Positions 28,958 to 46,800 of a DNA stretch of 64,000 nt are shown here, piece by piece. Numbering within the stretch: position 1 is the stretch's first letter; the number at the start of each line of letters is the position of its first letter. The position numbers and the translations under genes were made by a program. Below the pieces are notes generated by a model. The model was not told where the DNA came from. It saw only the letters and a list, made by a program, of their open reading frames with translations, and did not search any database. The stretch covers positions 2,232,001-2,296,000 of the forward strand of contig JADEYG010000007.1 of assembly GCA_016906335.1 (NCBI GenBank), read 5' to 3'. This stretch comes from Novakomyces olei (taxonomy: Eukaryota).

Positions 28958-31528
28958 ATGGACCGTGGAAACAAGCGCAGCCGCTACCCGTCACGCGACG
29001 CTCCGCTACGCTCTGAAGAGGATGGCTCAGAGGGCGCTCCGCCCTCTTCGCTGATGCCTTCTTCTCCGCCAGCTCCCTTTTCATCAGACGCTGGCGAAAT
29101 TGAAGAGGAAGACGAGGCAGAGGATTTGCTAGCGGAGCGCGATGAACTCGACCTGGACGAGGCTGCGGAGGACGCAGCAGGCATTGATCTCTTTGGGGAC
29201 GATATGGATCGCGATTACCGCGAAAGTGCTCGTCAAGATCGGTACAGCAGACGCGATATTGACGATGCGGAATACGCAGAAATGTCTGCTTCTGAGCGGC
29301 GACGCGTCGATGCAATGCTGGACAGACGTGACGCAATACTGTCGCGTAGCCGAGGTCAGCCGGCGCCTTTCCTGCAGGACGACGAGGAGGATGAAGGGTT
29401 GGGATTGAGCGCAATTAGGCGCCGAAGACGGCATTACGATGAGGCAGCAGGCGAAGAGGAGGATGCAATGGACGAAGATCTGCCTCTCGAGGCCATTGCC
29501 GATGTGAAGGCAGAGTCGATCCAAGACTGGATCAACCAGGACCAGGTTAGGCGTACAATTGCCAAGGAATTTAAGAATTTTTTGCTCGAGTATACCGACG
29601 AGGCCGGCACTTCAGTGTACGGAAACAGAATCCGTACTCTCGGAGAAGTAAACGCCGAGTCCCTCCAAGTCAGCTACCAGCATTTGGCTGAGAGCAAGCC
29701 CACTCTCGCCTATTTTCTCGCCAATTCTCCTGCTGAAATGCTGTCGATTTTCGACAGCATTGCCATGGAGGCCACACTGTTACACTATCCAGACTACGAA
29801 CGTATTCATCCGGATATACACGTACGCGTCTCTGATCTGCCGACTACGTACACCCTCCGTGAACTCCGCCAATCACATCTAAACTGCCTGATACGCGTTT
29901 CCGGAGTTGTTACGCGTCGAGGCGGAGTCTTTCCTCAGCGGCGATGGGTGCGGTTTAATTGCTCCAAGTGCAATACAATTCTGGGGCCCTTCCACCAAGA
30001 TTCAGTGCAGGAAATCAAGATTTCTTTCTGCCACAATTGCCAGTCGCGTGGACCGTTTACTGTAAACAGTGAAAAAACGGTGTTTACAAACTATCAAAAG
30101 CTAACACTGCAAGAGGCTCCGGGAACAGTACCGCCGGGCCGGTTGCCGAGGCACCGTGAAGTTATTATGCTATGGGACCTGGTGGACGCGGCCAAACCGG
30201 GCGAGGAGATTGAACTTACGGGTATCTACCGTAACAATTTCGACGCCAGTCTTAATACGAAGAACGGGTTCCCCGTGTTTAGCACGCTTATTGAAGCAAA
30301 TCATATCTCCAAGCGGGAGGACCACTATGCCGCTTTCAGGTTAACGGATGAAGACGAGAAAGCAATCCGGCAACTGTCCCGGGACGAAAGGATCCAGGAC
30401 CGAATTGCCGCGAGTATCGCTCCCAGTATCTACGGCCATGAGGACGTAAAGCAGGCTCTCAGTGCCAGTCTCTTTAGCGGAGTAGCCAAGGACGTTCATG
30501 GGAAAATGACTATCCGTGGAGACATAAACTGTCTCCTGCTCGGTGACCCTGGAACTGCTAAATCACAGTTTTTAAAGTACATTGAAAAAGTGGCTCATCG
30601 TGCAGTGTACACCACGGGCCAGGGTGCCAGTGCGGTAGGGTTAACAGCGAGTGTCAGAAAGGATCCGATTACAGGCGAATGGACACTCGAAGGAGGCGCT
30701 CTTGTACTGGCAGACAGGGGAGTTTGCCTTATCGACGAGTTTGACAAGATGAACGATCAGGATCGGACCTCTATCCACGAAGCGATGGAGCAGCAATCAA
30801 TCTCTATATCAAAAGCCGGTATTGTGACTACACTGCACGCACGATGTGCAGTTATTGCTGCCGCTAATCCGATTGGTGGCAGGTACAATGCCACTATTCC
30901 TTTTTCACAAAACGTTGAACTAACAGAGCCCATCCTGTCCCGGTTTGATGTGCTCTGTGTGATCAAGGATATAGTTAACGCTACGGCAGATGAGCGGCTT
31001 GCCCGGTTTGTCGTCCAGTCGCACGCCAGGTCTCATCCGAGTAAGAAGGCAGATGTGAAGGGAGGAGAGACGCCCGCTGGACTGCCCACCAGCTCAGCGC
31101 ACGCTGAGGAAGAGGAGGCGAACAAGGCAGCAGAACCGATTCCACAGGAGCTTTTCCAAAAATATATTCTGTATGCCCGAGAGCATATTCATCCGCGCAT
31201 AAACTCTATGGACGAGACCAAAATTGCTCGGCTATACAGCGATATGAGACGCGAGTCAATAGCCACAGGCTCCTTTCCAGTGACACTTCGGTTCCTGGAG
31301 AGTGTTATTCGCCTCAGTGAGGCATTTGCAAAGATGAGGTTGAGCGATTACGTATCTGCTCGGGACATTGATCGTGCTATCGGCATTTCTATTCACAGTT
31401 TCTTGGAAGCGCAAAAAGTTAGTGTAAAGAAGGGTCTTGCTCGTGCTTTTGCAAAGTACACTTTGCGGTCAGCGGCGCCAGCACCGCGGCCACGTGGTGG
31501 AGCTCTTGCGGCAAGAGTGCCCGCTTAA
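28958..31528 (+). CDS. MCM2: DNA replication licensing factor Mcm2 (intronless)
   Basis: Histone-binding segment DMDRDY...DRY, C4 Zn finger, QEAPGTVPPGRLPR, GDPGTAKSQFL, IDEFDKM, ILSRFD. Confidence 0.98.
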   Translation: MDRGNKRSRYPSRDAPLRSEEDGSEGAPPSSLMPSSPPAPFSSDAGEIEEEDEAEDLLAERDELDLDEAAEDAAGIDLFGDDMDRDYRESARQDRYSRRDIDDAEYAEMSASERRRVDAMLDRRDAILSRSRGQPAPFLQDDEEDEGLGLSAIRRRRRHYDEAAGEEEDAMDEDLPLEAIADVKAESIQDWINQDQVRRTIAKEFKNFLLEYTDEAGTSVYGNRIRTLGEVNAESLQVSYQHLAESKPTLAYFLANSPAEMLSIFDSIAMEATLLHYPDYERIHPDIHVRVSDLPTTYTLRELRQSHLNCLIRVSGVVTRRGGVFPQRRWVRFNCSKCNTILGPFHQDSVQEIKISFCHNCQSRGPFTVNSEKTVFTNYQKLTLQEAPGTVPPGRLPRHREVIMLWDLVDAAKPGEEIELTGIYRNNFDASLNTKNGFPVFSTLIEANHISKREDHYAAFRLTDEDEKAIRQLSRDERIQDRIAASIAPSIYGHEDVKQALSASLFSGVAKDVHGKMTIRGDINCLLLGDPGTAKSQFLKYIEKVAHRAVYTTGQGASAVGLTASVRKDPITGEWTLEGGALVLADRGVCLIDEFDKMNDQDRTSIHEAMEQQSISISKAGIVTTLHARCAVIAAANPIGGRYNATIPFSQNVELTEPILSRFDVLCVIKDIVNATADERLARFVVQSHARSHPSKKADVKGGETPAGLPTSSAHAEEEEANKAAEPIPQELFQKYILYAREHIHPRINSMDETKIARLYSDMRRESIATGSFPVTLRFLESVIRLSEAFAKMRLSDYVSARDIDRAIGISIHSFLEAQKVSVKKGLARAFAKYTLRSAAPAPRPRGGALAARVPA

Positions 31529-31616
31529 TAAGAGCGTGTATCGCTAATAAGGAGATGCGAAGCAGGGTGATTGTGGTTTAGAGTCGATTCTTTGAGTTTT
31601 CGTGCGCTGGATTAGG

Positions 31617-31830
<214 letters not shown>

Positions 31831-32030
31831 AATAAATTATAAAAATACAGTAAGTATTCAATTACACGGCTTGTACATTAACGTTATTGCCGTGTCGAGG
31901 TTCGACAATTGCTGTTTATCCACTTTTACTTTGCATCCCATTGAGTGTCTTTCGCTTTGAATTACTATATTCTTATATTTACATGGCAAAGCAGGAACAA
32001 GAATAAAAAGGTGCACGAGTTAATACGCCT

Positions 32031-32333
32031 ATAATAAATATAATAAATATAATAAATATAATAAATATAATAAATATAATAAATATAATAAATATAATAA
32101 ATATAATAAATATAATAAATATAATAAATATAATAAATATAATAAATATAATAAATATAATAAATATAATAAATATAATAAATATAATAAATATAATAAA
32201 TATAATAAATATAATAAATATAATAAATATAATAAATATAATAAATAAATATAATAAATATAATAAATATAATAAATATAATAAATATAATAAATATAAT
32301 AAATATAATAAATATAATAAATAATAAATATAA
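32031..32333 (+). repeat. (ATAATAAAT)n 9-bp microsatellite, ~300 bp
   Basis: Tandem 9-mers upstream of the DYRK gene. Confidence 0.95.
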
Positions 32334-32649
32334 GTAAGTCTGCTTATACCTAATACGCAAGCCGTTCCACACAAAGAATGGATGCGAGGGATTAGGAGTG
32401 CAGATCGGCTACCTGAGCCAATTTCATGCAAAGAAGAAAAAAGACCGGCCGTGTGCTTACTGTGCAACGCTACTACTGACGCGGTCGCTGACCGCTAATT
32501 TCCGCTGTACCACTGCTCAGATCAGAGAGGCGCTTGATTGGCTGATTGATTGCTTTACAACAAAACGCTTACCATCCAAGCTCAACTTGTGGGCCTTCAA
32601 CGAGCATTACCGTCTGGCCAAGTGGGTAAAATTGTGGTAAGATCTCCGA

Positions 32650-33685
32650 ATGAGCCGGCACCACGAGCTGGCGGCTGCCGTTGCCGGGCAACGTGCTCAG
32701 GAGACACGTGACTCACGTGACTCGAGTCTATCGCCAACAGTGAGCCATAAATCCTCAGAGTCCTCACTGGCAGCGACGTTTAGTTACCAGCGGGCAGCGG
32801 CCGCGCTCGCTCAGACGCGTGAGAAGCGGCAAAATTCCTTCTTTGGCACTCGGCCGTGTCTCGATTCAAAGGGCAAAAGATCAGTGAGCTATACAAACAG
32901 ACAGCCTTCTTGTTCGCCTGTAATTGCCTCTGCCTCTGCCTCTGCCTCTTCGCCCCGTGTCTCTTCAATGCCGAGCAAAGTGTCTGCTGGCAGTAGTCGG
33001 AGTACCGTGGCACGGCCGCCTTCAGCTGCGCGGCCGACGATTGCCTCTTCGCTCAAGCAGACAAGTGCAGTTGCCACAGCAGAGGGCGGCAGTCCGTTGC
33101 CAGGAAAAGAGATACGTCACCGGTTCCAGTCGCCTTCTAATGCTTCTTCCAAGTCCGAAGCAGAAGCAGTGAGACGCGTAAGGCGGACGGCAGCAGCAGC
33201 AGTTGGAGGAGCGGTTCCACGTACACCAAACTCGCCAGCTTCAGGATTGGGAGCGCGTACAATCTCGCCGACAGAGATGCGTAGACTCTGCGTATCGAGT
33301 CCGCGGAAGAAGGCAGCGGCTCTGTCTAATCTTGGCACAGAGTCAGTGAGAGGAGGATCGTCAGCGGCTGCTTCAGCGGCTGCCGCAGTTGCCCAAGTCC
33401 GACGGAGGCGGGAAGACCCGCCTCCACCGGTCCCTCCGCTGCCTTCTTTAATGCCCAAGAGCTCAACGTACTCTGCCCTGAGCCAATTTGTGCCTCTCGC
33501 TGAAGGAGCAAAGCGGCCGGGGCACGCAAAGCACAGTTCTGTGTTTGTAAAGACGGACAGAGAAGGCGTAGGACTGCCTCCGCTTAATATGAACCCGCTG
33601 AGCTCTCCGACAAAGGCTAAAGTGCAGCAGATGAGCCAAGCAGGAGCAGCACGTAAACGAGAAACAGCCGATGATTCTTTGCCTC

Positions 33686-33721
<36 letters not shown>

Positions 33722-36209
33722 AGGAGCAGTACTTGGCCGTAGAAGTGCCCAATATTCCTCCAAAAAGCTCGTCTAGAGGGTCTTCTTTCCTTGGACGGCT
33801 GTCTAGTCTGTCCCGGAGCTCTTCACGCTCTAAACGGGGCGTAGCAAAGAACCCCATAGACGAGCCTGTTCCGTCTATGCCCGAGTGGGGGGTTGCTGTA
33901 CCCTCTCCCGGCCAGACGCAGAGCCAGGTTCCAGCCAAAGCTGGTGCTGATAAGATTGCTTACCCGACCACAGCACCCGTCTACTCCCACTACTCTCCGG
34001 AGGCAACAGCCAGCGATACAGGGGAAAGGGAAAAGCCCGGCAATAGTAGCAGCAGTACGAATAGCTATAGAAAGACCAGTGTAAAGCAGCCATCCGCCGC
34101 TTCGTCGTCCCGTACGAGCCGGGATGAAAGGTCGATATCACAGAGGACTCCGGTACAGCAGGTGACGGGTACAGCGGGACTCAAATCGTCGCCTATTTCG
34201 CCAGCAGCACAGGCAGCTTCTCATAGTATAAACAAGTATGGTGGGATTGTACACAGGAAGCCGATTGCAGAGACAGCAAGACTGCAGGAAACGCCAAATG
34301 CCTCAAGGCCACCTCGGATGGCTAATCCGCGAGTAATCACAGAGTACTCGAGTCCCAGAGTGCCAAAGAGCTTGGGGCCCACCGAGACAAGTGCTGCACT
34401 ACGCTCTGTCTCGACGCCAATGACTGTACGCCAACTGCCGGTGCCAAAGGCTGTAAAGAACCTTCCAGCGGCCGATTTGGAGGCAGCTAATGCGGAAATG
34501 CACGCAGTAACATCCAAGCACGAACATCTGGAGGAAGAGGCAAGGATTCTTGAATCCTTACAACTTGGTGCCAAAGCAAAAGCTCCAGTCGCGCCAGCCA
34601 GAGCTGAAAGTTTAGGCGGATCGTCGTTGAATAAACGGGAGTTGGAAGAAATTCAAGACTACCCGAACGTCTACTACACGGGCAAACCGGGGATCCTTAA
34701 GAATGGCAGTAAAGTACAGAGCCAGGCTAACGGACTGCTGTATGACGACGATCGTGGCGATTATCTTATTTGCTTGGGTGATCATTTGGCTTATCGTTAT
34801 GAGGTGGTGGACGTTCTTGGCAAGGGCAGTTTTGGACAAGTCGTGCGCTGCGTGGATCACAAAACGGGGAGCCTGGTCGCTATTAAGATTATAAGAAACA
34901 AGAAACGGTTTCATGCTCAGGCATTAGTCGAGCTGAAGATTCTTCGCCAGCTCGTTGAATGGGTACGAATTGATAAAAATAAAGAGGCTTTTTCGAGATG
35001 AGCAAAACCATCAAAATAGAAATAGTTGAATAATCGTCTTTTTTTTACTCTTGTTTTCCTCGTTTAATTTCTTCTTTTTTTATTATTTACAATTATTATC
35101 TATCAATATTTTTTGAACATTTTCAAGTTTCAAAGTCCAATTATCTCAACAATTGAATTACATATTACCAGTACAAACGGAAATACTAATTACAGGATCC
35201 AAACGAAGAGTTTTCTGTTGTACATATGATTGACAATTTCTACTTTCGCGACCATCTCTGTGTGGTCACAGAGCTGCTGGGAATAAACCTCTACGATTTT
35301 ATTAAAAGCAACAACTACCGCGGACTGCCCCTGAACGTTATACGGATAATAACACGACAGATTGTGGACGCATTAGTATTCTTGCGGCAAAAGTCTATTA
35401 TCCATTGTGATTTGAAACCGGAAAATATCTTGCTCGAGCATCCACGTAAAGCGCTTGTCCGTTTGATTGATTTCGGAAGCAGCTGCCACGAGAAAGAAAA
35501 AGTGTATACATATATTCAGTCCAGGTTTTACCGTTCGCCCGAGGTAATACTCGGCATGAACTATGGCCTTGCGATTGACATGTGGAGCCTGGGCTGCATT
35601 ATAGCAGAATTGTTCACGGGGACACCACTGTTCCCGGGAGAGAACGAGCAAGAGCAGTTGGCTTGTATCTCTGAAATATTTGGCCAACCAAGTCGCGATG
35701 TGATCGAGAGAAGTACACGGAGCAAATTGTTTTTCGATGCCTCTGGCCGGCAAAAGCCATTTACGTCTAGTAGAGGCAAGCGACGGCTGCCCGGAAGCAG
35801 AAACTTGTCCTCAGTAGTTAAATGCAAAGACAGTGCCTTTATCGACTTTATTGCTCAATGTTTGCGCTGGGACCCAAGGCAGAGGATGACACCCGTTGAG
35901 GCTTTGAACCATGAGTTTTTGACGAGGAAAAGGCCTCTGCCCAAGCACCCGGGCGAGACTACACCGGCAGGCAGTACTGTCTCCACTAGACGTCACCTTT
36001 TTGGCTGGGGAGACGGGGCCAAATCCGGTAGCAGGACAGTTTCTAATCCAGCTACTGGATCACGGCCTCTGCCTGCTACTCCACAGACTGCAGATAAGTT
36101 TGGCGCCTCGCGGAAACCTCGCTGGATGGGCGAAGATAGCCTTTTCCTCGGCAATGATTTCCAGTCTCCTACGCGAAGACACGTTTCCGCTGCATTGTTT
36201 AGGTCTTGA
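32650..36209 (+). CDS. DYRK2-class kinase, Pom1-like (intron 34963-35195)
   Basis: Long basic disordered N-terminus with PxxP motifs, DH box YDDDRGDY, LGKGSFGQV, HCDLKPEN, IDFGSSC, VYTYIQSRFYRSPEV. Confidence 0.92.
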
Positions 36210-36603
36210 GAGATATCGTGCTTTGAACTGCGAGCATTTAACTGAAAGTGCATTCGAACTTTAACTTTAGCAAAGAACCGAATGAATAAATAAATATATA
36301 AATATACAAATAAAAGAAACAAAAGTCAGGTAAAAGGGGGAACCGGGACAAGTTTTATTCTGTTACATTCTCAGTTTATCCTTTCCTTTATTGCAAGCAC
36401 AGAGTATCAATAAAAGGCGCTTGTGTAGACGATGGATATCTACAGTTCAAATGCAAACAATTACAGCAATTTTATCGGTTAGGGTCAAACGAGTCAATTC
36501 TATTATGCCAAGACTCTATACTCCGATGCTGAGACTCTAAAAACGTTCAATGCAAAGCCCATTCACATGGCTCAATACACGTACAGTCCAAAATTTGATG
36601 CTT

Positions 36604-37731
36604 TTACTTGTTGGCATTCGCAGTGCTGGTAATAAACTGGTCCGCCTTCACTTCAACATGGTCGATAAGAAAGATCCAGGCACCTTTGTTGGCAGAAGCA
36701 ACGTTTGTGAATTTCTCACAGACTGTACCGTTACAGCACTCGGCGCCAAAAGATTTAAGTGTAGATTGCGGGGCCGATTTAATGTCATCAGGATGAGCAG
36801 TCAAACAGCCCTGCAAGACATGCAGGCGCTTATCCTCAGGTTTACGGGCGGAAACAACCTGTTCCATGGCCGGAAGCAGCTCGTCTACTCGTGTCAGAAT
36901 AATAAAGGTACGAAAGGAGCACTTACTCAGCTTGTTCTTGTCTACCCAGACGGAATCAATGCTCTGTGGCCGAGGCCACAGATCATTGTGTTGCTTTACC
37001 AAATCATCGCTGCCGTTCCCACGTTCATTGTTCTTTGTGGGAATAGGGCAGTCATCGCCTGCGCAGTGTGTTAGTGCAAGTCAAAGTCTATAGAAGCTCA
37101 TACCGTATATGACTACTACTCGTTTCCCACGGGAGACGTATTCACTCACGTTCTTTTCGCGAAAATCATAGGGAGCAAGCAAATCACCAAACAGGTCCTT
37201 GAGCAAAGAGTAAAACCGCGCATGGTCTTCGCTTTGCAGCCCGTAAAAATGCTGCAAATCAAGGATAATAACTTCCCCCTCGTGCTCGTCCACAAAGCGG
37301 CGAACAGGCTGCAAAAGGCTGCGAATTGTAGACGAAGATCGAAGTGTATGCACAAAATAGAATTCCTTGTCTGCAACGCTCACCCGCAAATCGAGATAGC
37401 GCACTCCGTACTTTAGCTGCTCGTCCAATGGCACCGATTGGCACGCGGACCAGCGTTTAATGATAAATGACGTGACATTGCTCGCGATACTGCCAATCAG
37501 AGGAATACTGCCCATTTTATCAAATATTTTAAGGACTTGAGGATCACAGTCAAGACCGAGTTCTTCGCCCAAGTCAAACGTGGCACTGTCGTGACTGCCT
37601 CTGCGCCTCGTTAGCGCTGATTCTGAGCAGTGTAATACTTACGGCAAAAATAATTCATTCAGTTTCTTATCGCTGATGCTCCGACTATGGTTCTTCATCC
37701 AGTCTGCATGGTAATGCTCTGTCTGCGACAT
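36604..37731 (-). CDS. PI-PLC X-domain-containing protein (PLCXD-like; 3 exons)
   Basis: MSQTEHYHADWMKNH...LFLP|GSHDSATF, WSACQ...EQLKYGVRYLDLRV, EVIILDLQH, LHVLQGCLT. Confidence 0.88.
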
Positions 37732-38540
37732 TTTGGCTTTGGGTTAGGGTTTGCTGTTGATTGCCGCGCGTACGTGTTCGCCGTGCCGATCTGTCAAACT
37801 TTGGTCTGTGTACGCTGATCTCTGCTGCTTGCCTTGGCGATACTAATGTACCGCGTTTTATAAGCACTCGTGCTTCCATTACTTGGATCTCTGCTCGGCA
37901 AGTACTGATTAATCTCCGCCTCAATAAATAAAGAATTAATTAATTAATTAATTAATTAAATTGTTGAGAAATTGACTCTGTAAAACTTATATTTAATATT
38001 ATTTCTTTGAAATAATTGTCTTCACATGGATGATAATTCTGTCCCTACATTACTCATTGAGTTCTCCAAATTATATATTCTGTCTTTACCAGATCTACTA
38101 TTGAAAAATATATCCCTAATCGAGCCTCTGAGCTTTGGTGGACCTTTATCATTCTTTTCTACAAGTCAGATAATTATTATCCATTCGAACTTCAAAATAA
38201 CTCCATTAAGTCAACATAAATAATTAATTAATTAATTAATTAGGCAACATTTATGAAATCTACATTGCACTCATAAAAGTAGCATTTCTAGTCGAAACTC
38301 CGAATAGAACGATACACAAAAAAACGGTTTGGCAGACTGCAACGAATTGATGTCTATTCAAATTATGCAGTGAGCGTTATTCGCTACTATGCTATGCTCA
38401 CATTTCCATTGGAGAGTTGTCGCGTATTGGAGATCATTTTATTCATACTATAATTATGTAATAGACTGATGTATATAATTTTTTATTTAATCACCAAGAA
38501 TTAAATTCGTTAAATAATAGCAAAGGGCAGTGAAACGTTA

Positions 38541-43084
<4,544 letters not shown>

Positions 43085-43518
43085 ATTCGAGGTTGAATTC
43101 GAGACGGGGATAGGGTTAGGGTTTGTAGAGGTGAAATGTGTAATAAAACATTTATAATGCTGCTTAACATTAGAGTGATTTTGATTGTAGTTTGGATATC
43201 GGGTCTCAGTTGTGGCAATTCAGGATGATTTACATTAGATACAGGATACAGGTCGTTGAGACTGCAGATTAGTAGTAGCAATATATGAATATAATTTGAT
43301 TAGTTTTATAATTATTTTAAGTTCATTATTATGATTATTTATTAATTAATTGTTAATTCAATTGCTAACTTAATTGTTAGTTTAATTGTAAATTTTGTTG
43401 TTAGTTTAATTATTATTTAATTATTAGTTTAATTATTAATTTAATTATTAATTATTCATTTAATTATTCATTTAATTGTTAATTGTTAATTTATTATTTA
43501 TTATTTATTTTAATAAAG

Positions 43519-43862
43519 TTCATTATTCATTATTCATTATTCATTATTCATTATTCATTATTCATTATTCATTATTCATTATTCATTATTCATTATTAAT
43601 GATTCATTATTCATTATTCATTATTTATTATTTATTATTTATTATTTATTATTTATTATTTATTATTTATTATTTATTATTTATTATTTATTATTTATTA
43701 TTTATTATTTATTATTTATTATTTATTATTTATTATTTATTATTTATTATTTATTATTTATTATTTATTATTTATTATTTATTATTTATTATTTATTATT
43801 TATTATTTATTATTTATTATTTATTATTTATTATTTATTATTTATTATTTATTATTTATTAT
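43519..43862. repeat. Compound 7-bp microsatellite, (TTCATTA)n grading into (TTTATTA)n
   Basis: Directly visible, immediately 3' of the NUP188 stop. Confidence 0.95.
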
Positions 43863-43891
43863 AATCAAATCTATTACCATTCCATTCCAAG

Positions 43892-46800
43892 TTACGCGCC
43901 AAACCCCGCCACGATGGGGCCGAGCACAGAGCCGAGCAGATCAACGTCGTGAGCGACTTTACGAACAAAAGCGTTCGGCTCGTCTCCCGCTCGGCCCGAT
44001 CGGCTGGCGAGAAAGTGTTCGTCGCTCGTCATTGGCCGGGCGAGGGAGGCGAGGAACTTTGGGTGCGTTTGCAAGTAGCAGACGGCAGCGTGGACGTCTT
44101 TAACAGTTTGGCGGTACGCTGCCGACGGCCGCCAAAGCCGATCGACTTTTTCCAGCAGGAGAGCAAGCAGCAGCGTCTCGTCAATCAGCGGGACAGAGAG
44201 CGATTCTAGTGCCGTCCAAGCAGAGAGGAGTGTCTGAACCTGAGCGTCAAAGTTACGCAGTACTCCGGCCACATCGGCCACGAGCCGAGGGCCGAGGTGG
44301 TTGGCAGTATTGAGCAATAAAGGCAAAATGCCCTTTGACCAGACGCGGTGCAAGGAGGGACGCGTCTCGGGCCGAACTCCGCCGCGCTGAATAACTCGGC
44401 CGATTCCGGACTCTGTAATGACTGTAAACGCTCTCTCAGCGGCAACTTGTTCCGACAGCTGAGGCGTATACGACAGCGTTGCCAGGTACTCTATAGCGAC
44501 CTGTGCCACATCGTACTGCGCTGTGGAAAAGGCAGCGAGAGCAGATCTCACTGCGCCACTCGCTGCAAGAACGAGAGCCAGTTCATTGGCAATCGCGGAA
44601 GTGCTTCCGTCCGCGAGCACTGCCTCGCACATGGCCGCCAGCAGAGCCGCGTCTGCCAGCGATCCATCGGCCTGCTTGCCCGCCACGGAAAGGAATACCG
44701 ACCGGCCCGCGCGGCAGACGTACTGGTCAAATATAGACAGCCGCAGCCCACGTAGACTATCGGTGCCGGAACTCGTTCCCGTTCCGGGTTGTACTTCCGT
44801 GCCGGAACTCGTTCCCGTTCCGGGTTGTAATTCCGTGCCGGAACTCGTTCCCGTTCCGGGTTGTACTTCCGTGCCGGAACTCACTTCCGAGCCGGTCAGC
44901 GATCGACATAGCTCTAGTGCTGCGTACAGAGACTGCAGCAGCAGCCGGAGCAAAGACAAATCGCCGGCCTCTGCGTGGGCGAGCAGAGCCAGTTTTGGGC
45001 TGCTCAGTACCCGCCAAATGTGAGCGGCCAAACCCTCTACCTGGTCACGCTTCAGGCTCCTTGCTGGCACGACCTGCAGCAGATTTGCCAGGGCAAAAAC
45101 GACCTTTGACCGCTCCACTATGGCCGGCCGGGCAAACTGGATATCGTAGGGCTCGTCGCCGATGGCCTGGAGCGCCATAGACCCGAGCGCAAGAGCCGTC
45201 GGCAGCAGACGGCTGTCTGCTGCCGACAGAGCGAAAAAAGAGAGGGCAAAAGCGCACCAACTCCGGAGCAGAGCCATCTGAGCGTCGAGAAGGGCGTAAT
45301 TGCAGTTGGCCGCCTCAATTTCGTCGAGGTACGCTGACGCGGCCGCGTCGTGTGTCAGCACGAGCCGCAGAGCGTCAGTGTCATAGTAATACTGCGGCAG
45401 AGGCGTAAAGGCCGATTTTTGGCGTACGGCAAAGTCCGACAGCGCAAGGCGCGGCCATTTCAGCTTGAAATTTCGGGCCAAATTGCCGTGCAAAGAGGCA
45501 CGGTACCCGTGCAGGGAAGTTCCTTGTAGAAAGAGAGTCGGCAGCTGCGGCAAGAGGGGGTCGAGTGCCAGTTTCCTGATGTTTACAGACTTGTTTTGTG
45601 TGGAAATAAAGCATTGAATGGCACAAGTTTGAACGGCAAATGAGGCAGTAAACAGGCGCAGAGCGAGTGTGCCGTCGCTCATGACGGTAGTTGTAGTTTT
45701 TGCTGTGTTTTTTGTAGTTTTCGTATTTTCTGTAGTTTTCGTATTTTCTGTAGTTTTCGTATTTTCTGTAGTTTTCGTATTTTCTGTAGTTTTCGTATTT
45801 TCTGTATTTTCCGTATTTCCCATTTTCCCCGTATTTCCCCCTTTTTCTGTATTTCCAGCGTCAATAAAAGACAATATACGCCTCCAAAAAGGCATTTCTT
45901 GCTGCGTATTGCTGATAGAAGCGCCCCAGAAATTGCGGGAGAGCATAATAAACTCGGCAAGAGCGAGCGTGTACCGCTGACCCCCATCAGACGCGTCTTT
46001 GCCGCAATCCTCTGCATCGGCAAGGCACTCTTCCGCTACTTGAACGAGTGACGCATCGGCTTTGGAGCCGCTAGAGCCGACTCTAGAGTCGGCTCGGGAT
46101 CCGTCTCCGGAGCCGGCTTCGGAACCGTACCCGTCCAAACTCTGCCGGCTCTTGCCCGAGGCCACCATGAGAATAGCGAGGCCCTTTTGGTTGTGTTTTA
46201 TTGTGGCCGAGAGCATCTGCCACACGTCCGTCTGTGTCCGTAGAGGATTGTAAGGAGAGCGCAGACAGGCGGCACAGCAGTCCAAAAAGGCCCTGTCGCC
46301 CTCGTGCAAGTACGCGAGCAGGGACGGCATGCCTCCCGAGCCGTCTCGGCGAGCGGAAAGCAGAGCCGAGAGCAGCCTGGCCGCTCGGCTCGTGGCCATT
46401 GGCGTAGAGTCAATGTACAGGACAATTGAACGAGCAGCAGCAAACAGCTCCTGCTCGAGCAGCGTCGGCGAGTGGGAAACGAGGCTGCGCAGTCTCAGCA
46501 GATGCGTGACAAAGGCACTGCACTCCTCAACTGCCTCTTCTTGCTCAGCAGTCTGCCATGACTCGTACAGCTGCGCAGCCGGAAGCGTACCCGACAGCCC
46601 GTGGACGAGAGCCCTGATGAGCCGAGGCGCCGAGTGCACGAGAAAGCTGCCGGCCAAGTGCTCTACACAGACACGCAGGACTGGTGCAGTTGCCGACAGA
46701 CCGGAAAGAGTTTCCGTCCGGACGGAAGCAGTTGCCGACAGACCGGAAAGAGTTTCCGTCCGGACGGAAGCAGTTGCCGACAGACCGGAAGCAGTTTCCG

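Noticed and set aside
30520..30720. Alternative yeast CUG code
   Set aside because: CTG codons occupy conserved Leu positions in Mcm2 (LLLGDPG, ALVLAD), supporting the standard code.
31965..32467. ORFs of IIF/YYI/LLY repeats (also 43476-43952 and 2628-2861)
   Set aside because: Translations of AT microsatellites or poly(T), not genes.
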